Positions 43,933-54,742 of a stretch of 64,000 nucleotides of DNA are shown in pieces (position 1 is the stretch's first letter; each line of letters opens with the position of its first letter). The DNA lies in IMG/VR virus record IMGVR_UViG_3300027499_000006, positions 10,950 through 74,949 of that record; one strand, written 5' to 3'. Under the pieces are notes generated by a model that saw only the letters and a list, made by a program, of their open reading frames with translations, did no database searches and had not been told where the DNA came from. The position numbers were made by a program, and so were the translations under genes. Origin of the DNA: a virus.

Positions 43933-46226
43933 TGGCTGAACTAGAATTCCCCGACGGGCCAGATGATGGGGACATCTACGAGGATTTTGAATACGACGCC
44001 ACTCTAGGTGTGTGGCGTCTTAAAGTTCTCCCCACACCTACTGGTCCACTTGGACCAACTGGACCTACCGGACCTACAGGTGCCACTTCAACTGTTACAG
44101 GACCAACTGGACCTACTGGCCCTACTGGCCCTACAGGTGCTGTAGGTTCTACAGGTGCCACAGGGCCCGAGGTAACAGGTCCAACTGGACCTACTGGCCC
44201 CACCGGACCTACAGGTGACACAGGAGTAACTGGACCTACAGGAGCACAGGGAGAAGCATCAACTGTCACAGGTCCCACTGGACCAACTGGAGCCACAGGG
44301 CCCACAGGGGCTAAAGGAGATTCTATAAACTTCAGAGACAGCCTCTCTCTTATTAGTGAACTTCCGTCAGGAGGAAACTCTGTTAACGATGCAATATACG
44401 TAGAAGAAGATGGTGTTTTGTACGTATGGGACGGAACAATCTGGGTATACGTAGGTAGAATTGAAGGCCCACAAGGGGAGCAGGCCTATCCAATTAATTT
44501 GCTAGGAAGTGTTGCAGCATTCGCCAACCTTCCTACGGGACCTTTTTTTGAAGACGCCTACGTCACTCTTGATACGGGTGATGTGTATTTCTGGGACGGA
44601 ACCGAGTGGGATGACCTTGGCCCCATTGTAGGACCGCTGGGGCCTACGGGTCCTACGGGTCCTGTCGGTGCACCAGCCTATCCAATTAATTTGCTAGGAA
44701 GTGTTGCAGCATTCGCCAACCTTCCTACGGGACCAACCTTTGAGGATTCTTATTTAACCCTCGACACGGGGGACGTTTACTTCTGGGACGGAACCGAGTG
44801 GGACAACATAGGTCCCATTGTTGGCCCTACGGGTGCAGTAGGTGGAACAGGTCCCACAGGTCCTTCGGGACCAACTGGACCTACAGGTGCCACAGGCCCT
44901 GCTGGTTTCATTTTGCTGGGTTCTCTAGCTTTAATTGCTGACTTACCCCCCAGTGGCAACACAATAGGAGATGCCTACTACGTTGAAGAGGGCACAGATG
45001 TTTATATCTGGGATGGCACTGAGTGGGACAACATTGGAAACGCCCTAGGACCTACTGGCCCTACTGGCCCTACAGGTTCCGAAACCCTTTCTGGGCTGAC
45101 AGACACAACTATCACCTCTGTTACTCAGGGGGACCAGCTTGTATACAACGGCTCTGTCTGGACTAACCAGCCTCGTTTTGGACAGAATTTGCTCTATAAC
45201 GGTGCGATGCAGGTGCACCAACGGGGAACATCTTCAACTGCGATTACTACTACTGGGTACTACACCGCAGATAGGTGGAGCACTGACATTGTTTCGTTAG
45301 GGACGTGGACACAAACTGTAGAGAACGACGGCCCAACTGGCTCAGGGTTTAGGAAATCACTAAAAATGCTGTGTACTACAGCTGACTCAAGCCCCTCAGC
45401 ATCCGATGAGTTAAGGGTAGTGCAACGCCTAGAAGGACAAGATGTACAGGGAATAAAAAAGGGAACTTCAGATGCGCAAGCTCTTACTGTTTCTTTCTGG
45501 GTAAAATCCAACGTCACTGGCGACTACGTTTTTAATGCTGTTGATTTAGACAACACTAGACTTTTTTCTCAGGAATACACTATTTCAGCCTCTGGGGTCT
45601 GGGAAAAGAAAACTATTAGTATCCCAGCGGACAGCGTTGGTGTCATAGATAATGACAATACCACTGGATTACTTGTTAGTTTTTGGCTGGGGGCTGGCTC
45701 CGATAGGACTTCTGGTTCTCTTCAGACGACGTGGGGCGCATCAGTAGACGCCAACCTTGCGCCAAGTCAGACTAACCTTGCTGCTAGCACCTCTAACTAC
45801 TGGCAGATTACGGGCGTCCAATTAGAGATTGGGTCCGTTGCTACCCCGTTTGAGTTTAAACCGTATGGTCAGGAGTTGGCAAAATGTCAACGGTATTATT
45901 ACAAGACGGTTTTGGGTGCCACTAATAAACGTATTGGAACAGGATATGCAGCAAGCACAACATTGGCGAGAATTATGACCCCCCTACCTGTAAGTATGAG
46001 AACTGCCCCGACTGCACTCGAGCAGAGTGGTACTGCCACCGACTACGGATTGTTGTACCTAGCAACTGGGGCAACGTGTTCTTTCGTTCCGTTGTTCCTA
46101 GACGCAACCACCGAGGCTGCTTTTTCTACGTTTTCTGTTTCATCTGGATTGACTGCCGGAAATGGGTTATTTGGTTACTTGGTAACTGGTACAGACAGTT
46201 TCTTAGCTTGGAGTGCTGAACTATGA
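43932..46226 (+). CDS. Collagen-like fibre with 4 repeated modules and C-terminal carbohydrate-binding-like domain
   Basis: GPT repeats; 4x GS...LP...DAY...YxWDGTxW; [14 protein letters not shown]...[16 protein letters not shown]...CQRYY; 59-nt identical repeat 44484/44676. Confidence 0.85.
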   Translation: MAELEFPDGPDDGDIYEDFEYDATLGVWRLKVLPTPTGPLGPTGPTGPTGATSTVTGPTGPTGPTGPTGAVGSTGATGPEVTGPTGPTGPTGPTGDTGVTGPTGAQGEASTVTGPTGPTGATGPTGAKGDSINFRDSLSLISELPSGGNSVNDAIYVEEDGVLYVWDGTIWVYVGRIEGPQGEQAYPINLLGSVAAFANLPTGPFFEDAYVTLDTGDVYFWDGTEWDDLGPIVGPLGPTGPTGPVGAPAYPINLLGSVAAFANLPTGPTFEDSYLTLDTGDVYFWDGTEWDNIGPIVGPTGAVGGTGPTGPSGPTGPTGATGPAGFILLGSLALIADLPPSGNTIGDAYYVEEGTDVYIWDGTEWDNIGNALGPTGPTGPTGSETLSGLTDTTITSVTQGDQLVYNGSVWTNQPRFGQNLLYNGAMQVHQRGTSSTAITTTGYYTADRWSTDIVSLGTWTQTVENDGPTGSGFRKSLKMLCTTADSSPSASDELRVVQRLEGQDVQGIKKGTSDAQALTVSFWVKSNVTGDYVFNAVDLDNTRLFSQEYTISASGVWEKKTISIPADSVGVIDNDNTTGLLVSFWLGAGSDRTSGSLQTTWGASVDANLAPSQTNLAASTSNYWQITGVQLEIGSVATPFEFKPYGQELAKCQRYYYKTVLGATNKRIGTGYAASTTLARIMTPLPVSMRTAPTALEQSGTATDYGLLYLATGATCSFVPLFLDATTEAAFSTFSVSSGLTAGNGLFGYLVTGTDSFLAWSAEL

Positions 46227-46375
46227 CTTGGGTTATTGTGGCTGAAAATGAAGACGGCTCAAACCTTTACGGGCGCATTGACGGAGACGGTTTAATGCGG
46301 ATTACCGCCATTGAGGGATACCCAGAACTTGATGAGTGGCTCGCAGAAGGTAACATTCCAGAGGAACACTCTTAG
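46223..46375 (+). CDS. Small fibre-assembly-like protein (50 aa; not in the ORF track)
   Basis: ATGA overlap with the fibre stop; [50 protein letters not shown]. Confidence 0.65.
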   Translation: MTWVIVAENEDGSNLYGRIDGDGLMRITAIEGYPELDEWLAEGNIPEEHS

Positions 46376-46462
46376 ACCCGCCTGAGAAGGCTATCAACGA
46401 GAAAATTTCTACATAGTCCTGTAGAGTATGGGTGTGTCAATACATCTAACGGAGTCTACAAA

Positions 46463-47518
46463 ATGAAAATAGCCGTGTACTCAATTGCTCTTAATGAAGA
46501 GCAGTTTGTTCAGCCGTGGTTTGATAGCGCACAAGAGGCAGACTACCTTCTTATTGCAGATACAGGCTCAACGGACAAAACAGTTCAGAAAGCCAAAAAA
46601 CTTGGTATTAACGTTGTTAATGTAGTTGTAAAACCTTGGCGTTTTGATATTGCAAGGAATACTGCACTAGCTTCCTTGCCAGCAGATATTGACTATTGCG
46701 TTGCTCTCGACATGGACGAAGTTCTTCTTCCTGGTTGGAGGAAAGAGCTTGAAAACGCTCATAAAGCTGGACTAACTCGTCCACGCTATCAGTACACTTG
46801 GTCGTGGGTTGATGAAGAGAAGGGTATTCCTGGTCTTCAGTATGGTGGAGACAAAATTCACGCTCGTTTTGGGTATAGGTGGAAGCACCCCGTTCACGAG
46901 GTAATTGTCCCAGACCGTATTGAGGAGAAGCAGGGTTGGGTAGGACTGGAGATTCACCACCACCCAGACTCTGAAAAGTCTCGCTCTCAATATATGCCTC
47001 TTCTTGAGCTTGCTGTTCGGGAAGACCCATCAGACGACAGAAACACTTATTACTACGCCAGAGAACTTTTTTTCCACAGAAGGTACAAAGAGGCTAGGCA
47101 GGAGTTTCTTCGCCATCTTTCTCTTCCTAGAGCAACGTGGAAGCCCGAGCGTGCAGCATCAATGAGGTATATTGCCAAGTGCTCAGAGGACGCAGAGAAA
47201 GAGCTTTGGTTTAAAAAAGCAATCGAGGAAGCCCCCGACAGGAGAGAAGCTCGGGTAGACCTTGCCGAATATTACTATCTTAAAAAGATGTGGCAAGAGT
47301 GCTACGACTCCTGTAAAGAAATTTTGGAGATTAAAACTAAGCCTCTTGAGTATTTAGTTGAGGCTAGGGCTTGGGGATTTCTTCCACATGATTATCTTGC
47401 AATTTCTGCCCACTATCTTGGCAAAAAAGAAGAGGCTTTGGAGCATGGAAACATTGCTCTGGAACTAAGTCCTGGTGACCCGAGGCTGGAGAAAAATCTA
47501 GAGTTCTACAAACAGTGA
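46463..47518 (+). CDS. GT2-family glycosyltransferase with C-terminal TPRs
   Basis: KIAVYSIALNEE...IADTGSTDKT...WRFDIARN..L...ALDMDE (DxD)...RWKHPVHE; TPR-like helices. Confidence 0.9.
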   Translation: MKIAVYSIALNEEQFVQPWFDSAQEADYLLIADTGSTDKTVQKAKKLGINVVNVVVKPWRFDIARNTALASLPADIDYCVALDMDEVLLPGWRKELENAHKAGLTRPRYQYTWSWVDEEKGIPGLQYGGDKIHARFGYRWKHPVHEVIVPDRIEEKQGWVGLEIHHHPDSEKSRSQYMPLLELAVREDPSDDRNTYYYARELFFHRRYKEARQEFLRHLSLPRATWKPERAASMRYIAKCSEDAEKELWFKKAIEEAPDRREARVDLAEYYYLKKMWQECYDSCKEILEIKTKPLEYLVEARAWGFLPHDYLAISAHYLGKKEEALEHGNIALELSPGDPRLEKNLEFYKQ

Positions 47519-47553
47519 TAAAATAGGTGTAATCGTCTTCTTACAGGAGCCAC

Positions 47554-48480
47554 ATGCCTATCATCAATGTAACAACTCTTCAGGACATCTTGGGTGGAAC
47601 TGCTTCGACTGACGCAATTTTTACCGCGTACATGATGCGAGCCGACACTCGAGCAGTCAGAGTGCTAGACGATGAAGTGATATTCCCTGCTCAAATAAAT
47701 GTAAAGTTTGTAGACGGAGAGCCAGAAGAGCCGATTGAGCTTGAGACTCCGCCAGCAGATTGCTACTGGAGTATCCGTATCAAGGGACCAGAGCGCGTTC
47801 TTCTAAGGACCAACGTAATTCTTCCAGCAGGGGCTGGACCCTTTGACTTTGATGAGCTGATTGAAGTTGACCCTACGACGGCACTCCCAGATGCTGGGTC
47901 CGCTCTAGCCGATGCTTTTCTAGAGTCAATAGAGACTGCAACGCAGGGAGCAACAGGACCTACGGGCGCAACGGGGCCAACAGGCCCGACAGGTCCTACT
48001 GTAACTGGACCAACTGGACCTACGGGTGCAACAGGACCCACAGGTGCATCCGTGGGTGCCGAAACAACATATACCGTTCAGGGGGGTACGTCTGGTACTC
48101 AGCCGACTTTTAGTGGGGAACCGCTATTCACTGGTAGTTATGTCCTAATATCAAGTGAGCTTGTACATTTCCAAATTCAAGTAGACTTTGACAACATCAC
48201 CAGTTTTGGTACTGGCCAATATTATGTGAGTCTGCCTTTTCCTGCAAAATATGGTTATAAATTTAGAGAGGGTTGCCTCCACGACATTTCAACAGGTAAG
48301 GACTACGAAATCGGTGGGCACGTCAATGCAGGTTCTTCTACCCTGGAACTCACCAGCACGGACACACAGAGCGGGGCGGTCTTTGACATTGACTTTACGG
48401 CAACTGCTCCAGTCACACTAACTACCGCTGACAACTTCCACATTGCTGGAACGTACATTGCAGATACAGAAGCTCCGTAA
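47554..48480 (+). CDS. Short collagen-containing fibre / receptor-binding protein
   Basis: Ig-like N-terminus, (GPT)n, C-terminal FTGSY...VHFQIQV...[11 protein letters not shown]...FHIAGTY tip domain. Confidence 0.7.
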   Translation: MPIINVTTLQDILGGTASTDAIFTAYMMRADTRAVRVLDDEVIFPAQINVKFVDGEPEEPIELETPPADCYWSIRIKGPERVLLRTNVILPAGAGPFDFDELIEVDPTTALPDAGSALADAFLESIETATQGATGPTGATGPTGPTGPTVTGPTGPTGATGPTGASVGAETTYTVQGGTSGTQPTFSGEPLFTGSYVLISSELVHFQIQVDFDNITSFGTGQYYVSLPFPAKYGYKFREGCLHDISTGKDYEIGGHVNAGSSTLELTSTDTQSGAVFDIDFTATAPVTLTTADNFHIAGTYIADTEAP

Positions 48481-48538
48481 TACTCTTTTGTAAGTGCTAA
48501 GATATTAATACGAAGCGACAGTAATAAAGGAGACAGAT

Positions 48539-49009
48539 ATGTACGCTGTGAAAGACGGAGACAGGACTCTCGAGTTCGATGGCGTTCTATTGGGCTCCTC
48601 ATCTTCCAAGCGGAGAGACTCCCTTCGCTGGATTGAGTTTAAACTATATAAAACTGAAAATGGCACGTATATTCTCTCCCGTATTGGGGCTTCAGTTGTT
48701 TATCACTCAGGAGCGTGCCATTTAGTAAGTAAGTACAGACTTTCTGAACTATCAGTGGGTAAAATATCCTTACAAGCAGAGCCGTGTGAATCCTGTAATC
48801 CAACTTTAGAGGCTCCAATTATTTTTCCCGAAGAATACCGCTACTGGGCACAAGTCAGTGAAGAGCCTCAGGCCGTGCTGGATGCACTGTACAAATATGA
48901 TGAGGGAGGTGCACGATACCTCACCGCTGTGGCGAAAAGAGTCCTAAAAGAGGCTGCCACAAAAGACAAAGACATCGACATGGTTTATAGATTTGAGCGT
49001 ATTCCATGA
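48539..49009 (+). CDS. Hypothetical protein (first gene of the replication module)
   Basis: SD AAGGAG; 156 aa with Cys pair. Confidence 0.7.
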   Translation: MYAVKDGDRTLEFDGVLLGSSSSKRRDSLRWIEFKLYKTENGTYILSRIGASVVYHSGACHLVSKYRLSELSVGKISLQAEPCESCNPTLEAPIIFPEEYRYWAQVSEEPQAVLDALYKYDEGGARYLTAVAKRVLKEAATKDKDIDMVYRFERIP

Positions 49010-49293
49010 GCGAGGAGGGAAAGGAGTCCTCTGCTGAATCTCCAGTGAGCCCTACCAGCCCTCTGAAGAATATTCTTATAGAGTTTCACGAGATTTATCA
49101 AGAGCTAGAGGGGGTCGGCTTTTCCGAGAGAGTAGCCACTCAAATTCTTTCTAACATGCTTATTGAAATTATTCTCTACAGAAGTGGTGGCGATAACCCT
49201 CAGTTTCAAGTAGAGTTAGAAGAAGAAGACGAAAATGACGAAGGAGATACAATTGACGGACCAGAGCCAGACGGAGAGCCAGGGGTTGGGTAG
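49006..49293 (+). CDS. Hypothetical acidic protein
   Basis: ATGA overlap; 95 aa. Confidence 0.55.
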   Translation: MSEEGKESSAESPVSPTSPLKNILIEFHEIYQELEGVGFSERVATQILSNMLIEIILYRSGGDNPQFQVELEEEDENDEGDTIDGPEPDGEPGVG

Positions 49294-51094
49294 CGTAAAG
49301 CTCCATCTAGTCGATAGCGTAGAAAAAGCCAACGATTTTATATCATGGTTGGCTCAGAGAAGGCCATACAACGCTGTCGCTGTCGACATCGAAACTGGTG
49401 AACTTCCCGGTCGCAACCCTAAAGATGCCTTATCTCCTTGGCATGGCCGTATTCGTCTTGCTCAGATTGGTGACGGAGAGCAGGGATGGTCTATTCCTTG
49501 GGAGCAGTGGTCTGGCGTCTTCTATCAAGGTATGAATGACTATGACGGCCCTGTTGTTTTTCACAACATTGCTTTCGAGGCTAGGTGGTTTGCCACTAAG
49601 TCAGAGTGGACCATGCCTTGGCATCAAGCTCACGACACCATGATTATGGCTCAGATTATTGACCCACTGGGTACTGGTGCTCTCAAGCAACTCGCAGCTA
49701 GGTATGTAGACCCGCGTTCTGTAGCACTTCAGAACACTTTAGATAAAGAGCTTTCTGCAAATGGTTGGACTTGGGGGACCGTTCCTGTTAATTTTGAACC
49801 CTATTGGGCATATGGAGCTCTCGATACTGTTCTTACTATGAGAGTTTGGGAGCAGTTCTATGAAAAGTGTGGCCCCGGGAAGGCCTACAGCAGTCCTTAT
49901 GAGTTGGAGATGGCCACTCGTCGTATAGTCACTCAGATGGAGCTAAACGGTGCTCGAGTGGACCTAGAGTACTCGCAGAAAAAACTAGACGAGCTAACTG
50001 CGTACACAGAGGGTGTAAAGACTTGGGCTAAAGAGGCGTATGGCACCTCGATAACTAGCAATGTCCAACTTGTCAAAACCTTCGAGGGCCTTGGTGCAGT
50101 TATCACTGAGTTTACGCCCTCTGGACAGAAGTCCATGACAAAAGAGCAGATAGAGAAACTTCTTCGTGATGGAAACGACGAAGTTAAGACTCTTGCTGAT
50201 GCTGTTCTCAAGCAGAGGAAGGCTGACAAACTTGCTAGCTCGTATTTCTCTAACTTTCTTAAGGACAATATTGACGGAATCGTCCATCCCTCGGTGCGCA
50301 CCCTCGGAGCACGTACTGGTCGTATGTCTATTACTGACCCAGCTCTGCAGACTCTTCCTGCAGGAGACGCCACAGTCCGTCGGGCGTTTATTCCTCGAGA
50401 GGAGGGCAATGTCATTATCTCTTCCGACCTTGACCAAGTGGAGTTCCGCTTAACTGCCTCATTCTCGGGGGACGAGTCTCTTATTAAACTGTTCCACGAG
50501 GCAGACGCCACTGGTGGGGACGTGTTTACATCAATTATGCGTCAGGTCTATCAAGACGAGACTCTTACGAAGGACGACCCTCGAAGGAAGCTCATCAAGG
50601 GAGTGGTCTACGGAAAGTTGTATGGGGCAGGTGTTGAGAAAATGGCACTTACTGCAGGAGTACAGACAGACCTTATGAGAAGCGTTGTTGATGGCTTTGA
50701 TAGGAACTACCCTGGAGTTCGGGAGTTGCAGAAAAACATTGAAGATGCTGGGACCCAGAGGCTAGAAAATGAGGGCCAAGGATATGTGAGCACCCGTACT
50801 GGTCGTCGCCTCCCCTGTGATGATGACCGTGTATATAGCCTTACAAACTACCTCATTCAAGCCAGCGCTGCAGAAGTCTTTAAACAGAACCTTGTCAAGC
50901 TGGACCAAGCTGACTTAACCGACTATCTTATTGTTCCCGTTCACGACGAAATTGTTTTGGAGGCCCCCAGAGGGGAAGCCACGGAAATTATGGAGCTCGT
51001 ACAAGAGTGTATGACAACTCGAGATGGGTGGGCAGTTCCACTTACGGCTGGAGTAGATGGCCCATTTGAAAATTGGGGGGAGAAGTACCAGTGA
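49235..51094 (+). CDS. polA: Family A DNA polymerase (3'-5' exo plus pol; likely start TTG 49253)
   Basis: Exo I AVDIETG, Exo II FHNIAFE, Exo III YGALDT; motif A DLDQVEFR, motif B RKLIKGVVYGKLYG, motif C VHDE. Confidence 0.95.
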   Translation: MTKEIQLTDQSQTESQGLGSVKLHLVDSVEKANDFISWLAQRRPYNAVAVDIETGELPGRNPKDALSPWHGRIRLAQIGDGEQGWSIPWEQWSGVFYQGMNDYDGPVVFHNIAFEARWFATKSEWTMPWHQAHDTMIMAQIIDPLGTGALKQLAARYVDPRSVALQNTLDKELSANGWTWGTVPVNFEPYWAYGALDTVLTMRVWEQFYEKCGPGKAYSSPYELEMATRRIVTQMELNGARVDLEYSQKKLDELTAYTEGVKTWAKEAYGTSITSNVQLVKTFEGLGAVITEFTPSGQKSMTKEQIEKLLRDGNDEVKTLADAVLKQRKADKLASSYFSNFLKDNIDGIVHPSVRTLGARTGRMSITDPALQTLPAGDATVRRAFIPREEGNVIISSDLDQVEFRLTASFSGDESLIKLFHEADATGGDVFTSIMRQVYQDETLTKDDPRRKLIKGVVYGKLYGAGVEKMALTAGVQTDLMRSVVDGFDRNYPGVRELQKNIEDAGTQRLENEGQGYVSTRTGRRLPCDDDRVYSLTNYLIQASAAEVFKQNLVKLDQADLTDYLIVPVHDEIVLEAPRGEATEIMELVQECMTTRDGWAVPLTAGVDGPFENWGEKYQ

Positions 51095-51504
51095 AACTGT
51101 GTTCAAGTTGCAATATAAGTAAGCCATATAGTGACTTTGAAAGTGATTCTCGATATAAATCTGGATACAGAAGTCAGTGCACATACTGCAACAGAAAAGG
51201 AAAAACCTTATCAAGTCTAGGTAACAACTTAAAAAAGTACGGTATAACTCTAGAGCAGTATAATTTTCTACTTGACAGTCAAAAGGGAGTCTGTAAAATA
51301 TGCCAAGAAAAAGAGACTAGAGTTACTAGACCTAAAGCAAAAATATCTATGGGCTATGAGCCAAGACTTGCTGTAGACCATGACCATAAAAATGGAGAAG
51401 TCAGGGGGCTTCTATGTCATAGATGCAATGTGGGGCTAGGAAACTTTCAGGATAATCCAGAACTTCTATTAAAAGCTTATAAATATCTTAAGGATTTTAA
51501 ATAA
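51091..51504 (+). CDS. Endonuclease VII-like (HNH-type) free-standing endonuclease
   Basis: CSSC...CTYC; YGITLEQY...QKGVCKIC...LAVDHDHKNGEVRGLLCHRCNVGLG; GTGA and TAATG overlaps; AT-rich. Confidence 0.88.
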   Translation: MKLCSSCNISKPYSDFESDSRYKSGYRSQCTYCNRKGKTLSSLGNNLKKYGITLEQYNFLLDSQKGVCKICQEKETRVTRPKAKISMGYEPRLAVDHDHKNGEVRGLLCHRCNVGLGNFQDNPELLLKAYKYLKDFK

Positions 51505-51965
51505 TGCACATCCTCTCAGTTGACCCTGGGAAAACAACAGGTGTTGCTCTTTTTTCTTGGGAGCTAGAGGGGGAGCCAAAACTTATTGATTCTAATGAGG
51601 TTGACTTCTCTGGGTATGCAAAGTTTTTAAGAGATAAGTTTGATGAGCACTCTGAGGAACATGAGTTCCATGTGGTTTGCGAACGCTTCACAATTAATGC
51701 TCAGACCGTAAGAAACTCTCAAGCTCCTTTCTCTCTAGAGAAAATTGGGGTTCTCAAGCAGATTCTCCTTGACTACGGGCTAACAATTGACTCCCTCCAC
51801 ATGCAGTCACCAGCAGATGCGAAAGCCATGTTTGACAATGCTAAGTTGAAAAAACTTGAGTACTGGCACCGAGGAGGTGAGGGACACGCTCTTGATGCTA
51901 TTAGGCATGGACTGCTCTATATGGTAAGATTGGGCTGGAGTCCACTAGACAGACTTCGTAGTTAA
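51504..51965 (+). CDS. RuvC-like Holliday junction resolvase
   Basis: ILSVDPGKTTG, VVCERF, HALDAIRH. Confidence 0.8.
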   Translation: MHILSVDPGKTTGVALFSWELEGEPKLIDSNEVDFSGYAKFLRDKFDEHSEEHEFHVVCERFTINAQTVRNSQAPFSLEKIGVLKQILLDYGLTIDSLHMQSPADAKAMFDNAKLKKLEYWHRGGEGHALDAIRHGLLYMVRLGWSPLDRLRS

Positions 51966-51980
51966 CCACAGAAAGACACA

Positions 51981-53798
51981 ATGACTATTTTTGTTGAGCT
52001 CGATGCTTCGAGCAGTAAGATTCTTATTAACGCCGAGTGGCGTTACAAAGAGTTGTGCAAAAGTATTCCTGGGGCTAAGTGGGACCCTAAAGAAAATTAC
52101 TGGCATTTACCACTCTCATGGTCTGGTTGCCTTGCTTTGCGCTCTACATTCAAGTCCAACTTGGAAATTGGGCCCAATCTAACTCAGTGGGCGACGAATG
52201 AAAAGACTAGTCGAATTGACCCCGCTAACTTCCTCCGCGAAGTTACAGAGCAGATGGAGGGAGACGAAGACCTTTTTCCTCATCAGCGTGCTGGTGTTAA
52301 CTTTCTTAGCACAGCACGTCGGGCTTTGCTTGCCGATGAACCGGGGCTAGGTAAGACTGCTCAAGCTATTCGGGCACTAAAGAAACTTAAAGATGGCGGA
52401 GAAGCAGTTTTTCCCGCTCTTATCGTGTGCCCCAACACACTTAAAATGAACTGGAAGCGCGAGTTTGCTCTGTGGTGGCCCGAGGTAAAAGTTGAAATTG
52501 TGACTGGCACTCCCGCTCAAAAGAGAAAACAGTTTGACTCTTTTGGTAGCTCTGAAGAGCCAGCAGATGTGTTAGTTATTAACTGGGAGTCTCTCCGTAC
52601 CCACTCGAGGCTGGCACCTTACGGCTCTGTAGCACTAGCCCGCTGTAATGAGTGCGGTGGACTTAGTGAAAAGGTTACCCCCGCCCGGTGTGAGGTACAC
52701 AAGCGTGACCTTAATGAAATTGATTTTAAATCTGTTATTGCTGACGAGGTTCACCGCTCCAAGGACCCCAAGTCAAAACAGACTAGAGCTCTTTGGTCCG
52801 CTACAGGTGACGCAGACATCCGATTTGCTTTGACTGGTACGCCTATTGCAAACAACGTCGTGGACCTGTGGACAATTCTTCACTGGCTCTCCCCCGAAGA
52901 GTGGCCTAGTAAAACTCGCTGGATTGACCGAATGGTTGATACTATGCTTAACGCTTTTGGTGGTCTTATGGTTCTTGGAATCAAGTCCCACATGAAAGAA
53001 GAGTTCTACGCAACTCTCAATCCCCGTATGCGAAGGATGCTTAAGACTGTTGTACTTCCTTGGCTTCCAGAGGTTACCGTAGAGCGTCGCGATGTTGAGA
53101 TGTCAACTAAGCAGAAGAAGGCATACAACGAGATGCGGGACTGGATGATTGCTGAGCTGGAGACTGGAGGAGTTGTTTCGGCTCCTAGTGTTCTGACTCA
53201 AACTCTTCGACTCCTTCAGTTTGCTAGCTCATACGCTGAGATGACAGCTGACCCATCAACTGGTGAGCCCAAAGCAACTCTCATTGAGCCTTCCTGCAAA
53301 ATTGATGCGTTGATGGATGATATCTCTCATGGAGACTTTGGCGATGACTCTATTGCAGTTTCTGCGGTATCTCGTCAGCTTATTGAGTTACTGAGTGCTC
53401 GTCTAACTAAAGCAGGCATTGCACATGGACTAATTACGGGGGCTCAGAATGAAGAAGAGCGCCAGCGTGCTGTAGACGACTTCCAGTCTGGTAAGAAAAA
53501 GTGGATTCTTTTTACTGCTCAGGCTGGTGGGGTTGGTATCACCCTAACCGCTGCTCGTCGATTGATTCGTCTCCAGCGTCCTTGGAGCCTCGTGGACGAC
53601 AAGCAGGTCAACGACCGAGTTCACCGTATTGGTTCTGAGATTCACGACAACATCATCATCACTGACTACGTTACTTCGGGTACTGTTGAGGAACGTGTAC
53701 GACAGGTTCTTGAAACCAAGGCAGACAGCTTTGAAGAAGTGGTGAAGGATAAAGAGCAACTTCTTAAGATGCTCCAAGAAGAGAAGGCCAACAAGTGA
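51981..53798 (+). CDS. SNF2-like SF2 helicase
   Basis: LLADEPGLGKT, IADEVH, LTGTP, AGGVGITLTAA, QVNDRVHRIG. Confidence 0.92.
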   Translation: MTIFVELDASSSKILINAEWRYKELCKSIPGAKWDPKENYWHLPLSWSGCLALRSTFKSNLEIGPNLTQWATNEKTSRIDPANFLREVTEQMEGDEDLFPHQRAGVNFLSTARRALLADEPGLGKTAQAIRALKKLKDGGEAVFPALIVCPNTLKMNWKREFALWWPEVKVEIVTGTPAQKRKQFDSFGSSEEPADVLVINWESLRTHSRLAPYGSVALARCNECGGLSEKVTPARCEVHKRDLNEIDFKSVIADEVHRSKDPKSKQTRALWSATGDADIRFALTGTPIANNVVDLWTILHWLSPEEWPSKTRWIDRMVDTMLNAFGGLMVLGIKSHMKEEFYATLNPRMRRMLKTVVLPWLPEVTVERRDVEMSTKQKKAYNEMRDWMIAELETGGVVSAPSVLTQTLRLLQFASSYAEMTADPSTGEPKATLIEPSCKIDALMDDISHGDFGDDSIAVSAVSRQLIELLSARLTKAGIAHGLITGAQNEEERQRAVDDFQSGKKKWILFTAQAGGVGITLTAARRLIRLQRPWSLVDDKQVNDRVHRIGSEIHDNIIITDYVTSGTVEERVRQVLETKADSFEEVVKDKEQLLKMLQEEKANK

Positions 53799-54742
53799 TT
53801 ACTAACGGTACAGGAGAGGTATACACCCTCTCAAACTCCGAAATTCAGACGTATAAAGACTGCCGAAGAAAGTGGTGGTTGTCTTACTATCGACGTCTCA
53901 AGCCTAGGGAGAAGAAGTTTACTGGCCCTCTGGCTTTGGGGTCTAGAATTCACGAGGCCCTTGACCAGTACTACACCAATGGGACCCCTCTTCTGGAAGC
54001 TCACGAGAGTCTTGTTGAGCAAGACCGACTTACTATTTCTGATGACTTTCGTGACCCCAGTGAGCTGGACAGCGAAGCAGACCTCGGGAGAGTGATGCTT
54101 GAGGGCTATCTTCAGTGGGTAGAGGAAGAGGGCATTGACAATGAAATTGAAATGATTTCTACTGAAGAAATTCTTTCGATGCCACTGTTCGATGGTGAGG
54201 TGGAACTCCAAGGCAAAATTGATATGCGAGTTCGTAGGAAAGCTGACGGAGTTCGTCTTTTTAGGGACTTCAAGACTGTCGGAGGTTCATTCGGTGAGTT
54301 TGCTAGCACAGCGCACATGAACGAGCAAATTTTGACATACATGTTGCTAGAAAATCACCAGAACGAGGGTACAGAGGAGCGCTCTGAGGGAGGTATTTTT
54401 ACTCTTCTCAAAAAGGTTAAAAGAACAGCTAATGCAAAGCCTCCTTTTTATGAGCAGTTTGAAGTACGTCATAACTTGTTTTCTTTGCGTTCTTTCTGGA
54501 ATAGAATTCATGGTGTTGTATCTGACATGATGAGTACGAAAAAAGCACTTGATGAGGGAGTTTCTCACCAAGTCGTTGCGTATCCCCGACCAAGCCGAGA
54601 CTGTACTTGGAAGTGTCAGTTTTTCTCTATCTGCCCGATGTTTGATGACGGTAGTGCAGTTGAGCAGGCTATTGAAAATGTATTTGACGAAGGCGACCCA
54701 TACGACTACTATGGGAAACAAGATAAGAAAGGAACTGACTAG
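53795..54742 (+). CDS. Cas4/RecB-family PD-(D/E)xK exonuclease
   Basis: LSNSEIQTYKDCRRKW, GKID...DFKT, C-terminal CTWKCQFFSIC (Fe-S staple). Confidence 0.85.
   Translation: MITNGTGEVYTLSNSEIQTYKDCRRKWWLSYYRRLKPREKKFTGPLALGSRIHEALDQYYTNGTPLLEAHESLVEQDRLTISDDFRDPSELDSEADLGRVMLEGYLQWVEEEGIDNEIEMISTEEILSMPLFDGEVELQGKIDMRVRRKADGVRLFRDFKTVGGSFGEFASTAHMNEQILTYMLLENHQNEGTEERSEGGIFTLLKKVKRTANAKPPFYEQFEVRHNLFSLRSFWNRIHGVVSDMMSTKKALDEGVSHQVVAYPRPSRDCTWKCQFFSICPMFDDGSAVEQAIENVFDEGDPYDYYGKQDKKGTD

Noticed and set aside
53795-54742. CRISPR-Cas (Cas4-like gene)
   Set aside because: No repeat-spacer array or other cas genes; context is the standard phage Exo-ATPase-SSB recombination module.
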